Shown: in pieces, positions 58,900 to 64,000 of the stretch
How positions within the stretch are numbered: position 1 is the first letter of the stretch
Layout of the letters: every line of letters starts with the position of its first letter
Source of the DNA: Piedraia hortae CBS 480.64
Taxonomy: Eukaryota
Assembly: GCA_010093745.1 (NCBI GenBank)
Contig: MU006002.1
Span: forward strand, 1 to 64,000
Length of the DNA: 64,000 nucleotides
Direction of reading: 5' to 3'
Position numbers and translations under genes: made by a program
The notes under the pieces: generated by a model
What the model was told of the DNA's origin: nothing
Databases searched by the model: none
Seen by the model: the letters and a program-made list of their open reading frames with translations, nothing else

Positions 58900-59480
58900 G
58901 CCCCACAATATAGGCTTGTGTGCGCTCGTCATCGTCACCGGCCGAGGCTTGGCACACCAACACGCAGCTCACCCACGAGCTCCACAAGGTCCGGAATCCG
59001 AATGCCCCGAATGTGCGCGAAGCTGGACATGAGCTCTAATTCTTTGACCAGCACTTTCCGAGCTTTGAGGTCATCTTCATGGAAATCCCGGGGGCAAGCC
59101 GTTCAATGTTGTTAGCATGATGGACACCATTCGCATGGAACTTGCTAGGTTTGAGCGCCGCTTTTCCAGCGCCGTCGGATAGTGCCACAACAGTCTACGA
59201 ACAAGGAGAGCATTGGGGAAATGTTTGTCCTTCCTCAGGTTTATGTGGAGCAAACGCACGGCTTCAAGGGGGGGGATTTTGTTTGCCAACTTTATGCGGG
59301 CTGAAGCAATTGCCTTTGCCCTGGTACCACGAACACTACCAAGCTTTCTTCGACATCCAATTTCGGCGAATGTGGAGTGACATTTGCATTGTACGACATG
59401 CGGCGAAGGGGGCGTTGGCCGTTGTCTATGTAGACGACATTGTTATTGTCGCAACGACTGAAGAGCACATCAAGAAAACA
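58900..59480 (+). mobile_element. Degenerate Ty1/copia pol fragments
   Basis: LCGLKQLPLPWY...SDICI...VVYVDDIVI (copia reverse transcriptase); upstream H...CPEC motif. Confidence 0.8.
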
Positions 59481-60439
59481 TACGACTGACGAATCTGGCA
59501 TGGAGGGAAGTGAAGGTGAAATTCTTGGCCTTTTCTGGACACCATCAATCTCGAAAGTGCGGCCGCGAGTATCTGGCTCGGAGATATCTTGGAATTTGAA
59601 CGCGGCCACTCCACCAGGTACGCCTTATTTTACAGTGGTGCCATTTATTGTCGCACATCTTTCACACTTTCCACGGAAGATGGGTTCCCGGCCATTAACT
59701 CTAAAACGATCATCTTCCTCCAGGGCTACGGAATCTCTAAATTTTACCGTCCGGCTGCGTTCAAATCTGTTTGTCAGAAGAGTGAACCTCCGAGGAGTAA
59801 AGGGGAGCGGATATCGACGACAAAAGGGCAAAGGTTGTTGAGAGGTTGAGACATCATCTCTGCGACTTCAATGTTGTTTCCAAGGCCTTAGCAAACTCTG
59901 CCGCGAATCAATTGTGTCGTCTTCGTACCTGGTTGAACGCCTGGATGCCACGTCCCAACTGGAGCAGGTCTTTCTTGAAGGGCTCAATCATCCTTTCATC
60001 TTCGGTCCGATTGCGATGAAAGCAAAGTTGTCCTGATCAAGTCCACGTTCAACGAAGAACGGAAGGACTGGACTTTAAGCTTCTGACCAAGCTAGCCCCG
60101 TCAGACCGATATTATCGCCTTGTATCTCTCCCAAGGGATGTGATTTGGCCAGGAACTCCTCAAGATCCGAATTGAGCTTTTCCCCGATATCTGGAACAGT
60201 GTCAGAAGCATGTGGCATCTACCATGACCAGAGCTGTATATAGAGGTCGAAACTTTTCAGGGTTTTTACCTCTATAGAGGAAGTTTTCCCTGGAACGGGT
60301 CATGGTCTCGTTCATGCTTAAGGGCATGGTTCGCTGACGTTGTCCTGGCGAATGCGGTTAGGCTGAGGTAGTGTTGGGAAGGTTTCGAACCTCACCTCAC
60401 ATAGACATAGACATCTACATTCACATTTTCAGTCAAAGG

Positions 60440-62070
60440 GAAAGCTGAAATCTGGGAAGAGGCGGATACATGGAAGTGGCGAAGCAATTCATAAGCCTTT
60501 ACCGCCGTGTCGTCGCTGTCAATTTCGACTTCAACTTCGTATGATCCGGCCATGAGAATCGAAATTCAAAGGATGTCTGGGTGACGATAGACGAGCAGAA
60601 GACCGCCTGAGAGGAGGTAGAGGAGCTGGCCGAGCGCGGCGCCGGGAGGACATGAAAAAGGCAATCCGGACTCGGCGGATGGAGATGATCCAGTGCGAAC
60701 TCGGGCCGGACGAACTTGAGTCGCTGGTCGTATCCTCCTTTGCCCTGAACGCCGTGTCCGAGACCAAGCGGGCGTGGAAGACGGCGGTCCAGGTGAACCC
60801 ACTGACCTCGGCATTCATCTGGATAACTCAGCTTCTCATTTTAGGTGACGCGCTGGCTCGGCTGGGGGATGCTGGTGGTCGCGAGCTCCTTTGCGGGTGT
60901 CTGAAATTGGAGTGTGATGCCGCGGTGCGCACTCCGAAGAGGGGCGGAGATACCACCCTCGATGAAATCCTCGCTGCCTTCGAGGACCTATGCCAGGACA
61001 TCCAACGACACTGCCTCCGCGTGCCCGGCTTTCTGATGACATATCAAGTCCAGAAGGCCCTCGGCCACCTACAGGATACCCTCGTCGACGAGCCGGGCCC
61101 GGTCCTGCTGGTCCGCCCCGAGCTGGACCCAAAAACGTGGAACGCCTATCTTGGCGTCGCCAAGCAGTTCATATCCTTCTACCGTAGGGTTGTCGTTGGC
61201 GGCTTCTCCTTCGACTTCCTACCCTCTGGCCACCAGAATGAGAACACCAAGGACGTGTGGGACACCACCGTCCACCAACGCACCACCTGGCAGGACGTGG
61301 AAATGCTTGCCCGCCTGGGGAACCGCTCCGGCCTCAAGCCGGCCATCCGCGCCTGGTGGCTGGCCATGATAGAGCACCAGCTCGACGCCGACGAGTTTGC
61401 GTCCCCCATCGTTTCCTTTTTCGCCTTGAATGCCGTCTCCGAGACGAACCGAACCTGGAAGAAGGCCCTGCAGGTCAACCCCCTGACCTCGGCTCTCATC
61501 TGGGTCGTGCAGCTGCTCATCTTCGGCGACGCCGTCCACCGGAGCCCGGTCGGGTCTTGAAGCATGTCGAGGAGAAATGCCTACGCCAAGGGGAACAAAC
61601 CCCTATGGGGCACGTCTTGAGGTACCGTCTCTACCTTTGGCGCGTGCAGAAGGGCGAGATCAGCTCAAACGAGGTGTCCCGGAACCCCGAAGAGACAATC
61701 CTATACTTCAGGGACATCGAGCTTCCCTTGGCCGACATCAATCGACTGATCGCCTCCGAAATCGCTGAAGCCAGACACGTCTTGCGGAGGGAGCTTCTCT
61801 TCGGCTTCAAGGCGCCCACCCTGCGCCCCCAAGACATGTGGGAGGTCTTGGAGGAGGAGACCTGGGCTTCTGGTTCGGCTTGGCGGATGCCACGAGGCGA
61901 AAATTGCGAGGGGCAGAGGACGTTCTGCTCGCACGCATCTACCAGAGCGCAAGTCTCCGAGAGCAGTACGTGACACGGGGCATGACCAGCTACCAGCTAC
62001 GATCGGCTGCGATGAGGCGTTACCAGGGCAATGTGCAGACTTTCCGAGAAAAGGACGGACATGAGCTGGT
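60440..62070 (+). pseudogene. Telomere-linked RecQ-helicase-associated (DUF3505-type) element relic with an internal duplication
   Basis: FASPIVSFFAL...PLTSALIWVVQLLIF...TPMGHVLRYRLY...ARHVLRRELLFG across frameshifts. About 60440-60850 repeats about 61110-61535. Confidence 0.6.
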
Positions 62071-62974
62071 GTAAATCCATCGTTCCCACTCAAGTCAGTT
62101 TGCCGTCCAAATGATCCTAAAGCCTGATTGAAAGGACCTATAGAAACAACTTTGCCAAAATCCTCGAATCTGCCTACGCGTACCCTATCATAGAACGAGT
62201 GCTCCTTCACTGCATGGCCCTATGCCAGCCGATCCATCCCCTAAGGCGCTCCAACCCTTTGCCGTGACAAGAGAGCAGTGCGAGCCTTTTGTAGAACAGT
62301 GTGAAAGTCATGTGCAGAAGTTTGCCGTGGGCCGGGCGGGATGTTTGTGCTGAATGTATTATTGTCTATGATACAGGGGTCAACGACAGCCGAAACCTCG
62401 TCGTTTCCGAGTATACCCAAACCCTTATCACCAAACTGTTTCCATGCACGCTACACCGCCAGCGAAGAAAAGCCGTTTGACCGCGACCAGTGCACTGCCC
62501 GCTTCCGCTCCAGCTGTAGCCTCTCGGCCGGGAGCTCAATGCGTACTCTTATGTCGGCTTCAAAAGTTTGCTCGATTTGTCCTTGTCGGCCTCGAGGACG
62601 CTGCCCTCTGATGCGATCTCCTGCTCTGGGTGTGCGGTTACGCACTGCGTGGCTGTTTTGCGATGACGGGGCCTGCTCTTCTATCGGCGGCATTAGGGTG
62701 GCGCGAACATCGGCGACTTCCTCGGGCCCCACTGGCACCTCAGCAGAGTCATTCTCTGCTTGCTCATCAGCAGAGACACTGGACTCGCTTGAGTCGTCGT
62801 CTGGGCCTGGGGTTGTGCCTGATTGGATGCAGGGCGCTGCGACCTGTGGGCGGTTGCCCTCCACAAGAGCTTCCATACGTTTAAACCTGCAGATTTTGTT
62901 CAATTTTGCGGTGATGGCTTCTTCTGGTGGAGGCTGCCCATTCCCTCGAACACCGGATCCGGTCTGGTTCTTCT

Positions 62975-63206
62975 AAGACGTGAAGTCTGGGACCAAAGGT
63001 ATGTGTAACTGTGTACGTCTCTACGTGCTAAGAGCTAACGCAACGTCTTCTACAGACCCACAGTTCGCCAGACCGCATTTGCCGAGACCACGCGATGACG
63101 TGATCTCGTCACAGAAGCAAACTCCTCTGAGGCAGAAAACCCTGCGAAGCCTCGGGCGTTCTAACTTCACCGATCTAACTCATCTGACACAGGGCTCACC
63201 GTGCTA
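62975..63206. repeat. Dispersed ~235-bp repeat, copy 2
   Basis: Direct-orientation match to 914-1150. Confidence 0.8.
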
Positions 63207-64000
63207 TCTTCTTGGCTTTGGCCGTGCGGTAAATCTTCATCCACGTGTTCAACCTCTGCTTGATCATTTTTATACGTCGTTAATTCTCCAATTCCCAGCC
63301 AACTCGTGTAGGCCAGGACCTAAGAGCTGGGTTTTGCATTTAGTGATGTTTGCGACTCTTCGCGGAAACGAAGGAGCTTGTTCAGTTTACTGTCGTCCCA
63401 GAAATCTCTGGTACGTGTCGACGGCCTGCCAAACTGTTTTTGATCCAGGGAAAATACTTTCTTCTCTAGCCGGTTCCTGGTAAACTTGACGATGAAATGA
63501 TCGTCTGCACTGCCGCATGAGGGTAGCTCGGAGTGTTAAAGAGATGTGGCTTGCTTCTTTCATTACTTTAATTTGCCTTCGCTCTGCATTCTCCGACTCG
63601 ATTTGCGCCTCACCTCCCCATCGCTATATAGAAGGGCTATAGAAGGGCTATTGATATGAAGAAGCTCAGATTTTGCTCGAGGTGACCAACGCGCACGTGG
63701 AGCTGGAGAATCTCGTCCTTGCGCTCGGCGATATTGTCCTTTACAATGCAGGTAGTCAAGCGCTGCTTCACGCAGTCCCTCTTGATCTCAGACAGGTTTA
63801 TTGACTTCTGAGCATTTGAGTCCTCAAACCGAGCTTCTTGGCCTCGTAGCCTGACTGCACAAGCTATGACCATCTTCCAGGAGCCATAATATCCAGTTGT
63901 GGCAAGCCTCCGAAACCTAGCAGAATATCTTTAACTCCCCGAGCTTGGATCTTTTCTGCCACCACACGTGCAGTCGATTCTCCAGCAACATAGCGTAAGA

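Noticed and set aside
914..63206. One giant element bounded by the direct repeats
   Set aside because: The interior is mostly conserved housekeeping genes, no captain-type recombinase is seen, and the interval spans assembly gaps.

Overview
Genomic DNA of a filamentous ascomycete, judged from short GT-AG introns with CTAAC branch sites and typical Pezizomycotina housekeeping genes. Two compact blocks of host genes (about 11-37.7 kb and 44-58.4 kb) hold MIC19-like, RPL19, GCN1, a DEAH helicase, cytochrome b561, a TBC GAP, FlbE-like, IST1, OST3/6, MRM2, cysteine synthase, a RasGEF, TIM15, CUL3, GH128 and RAP1. They alternate with decayed transposon nests (copia, PIF/Harbinger, Tc1-like, Tad1-like LINE, telomere-linked-helicase-like). 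The standout is about 1.15-7.7 kb: an intronless, densely packed virus-like element encoding a minimal RNA polymerase beta-prime/RPB1-like subunit (GDYDGD) and a bifunctional mRNA capping enzyme (triphosphatase plus KxDG guanylyltransferase). Its genes are cut into pieces and interleaved. The capping enzyme is in three fragments and the polymerase in two, without usable splice sites. At least one gene appears repairable by an inversion at a 5-bp inverted core. This suggests a scrambled viral genome restored by DNA rearrangement. That interpretation is inference, and this copy is partly decayed.
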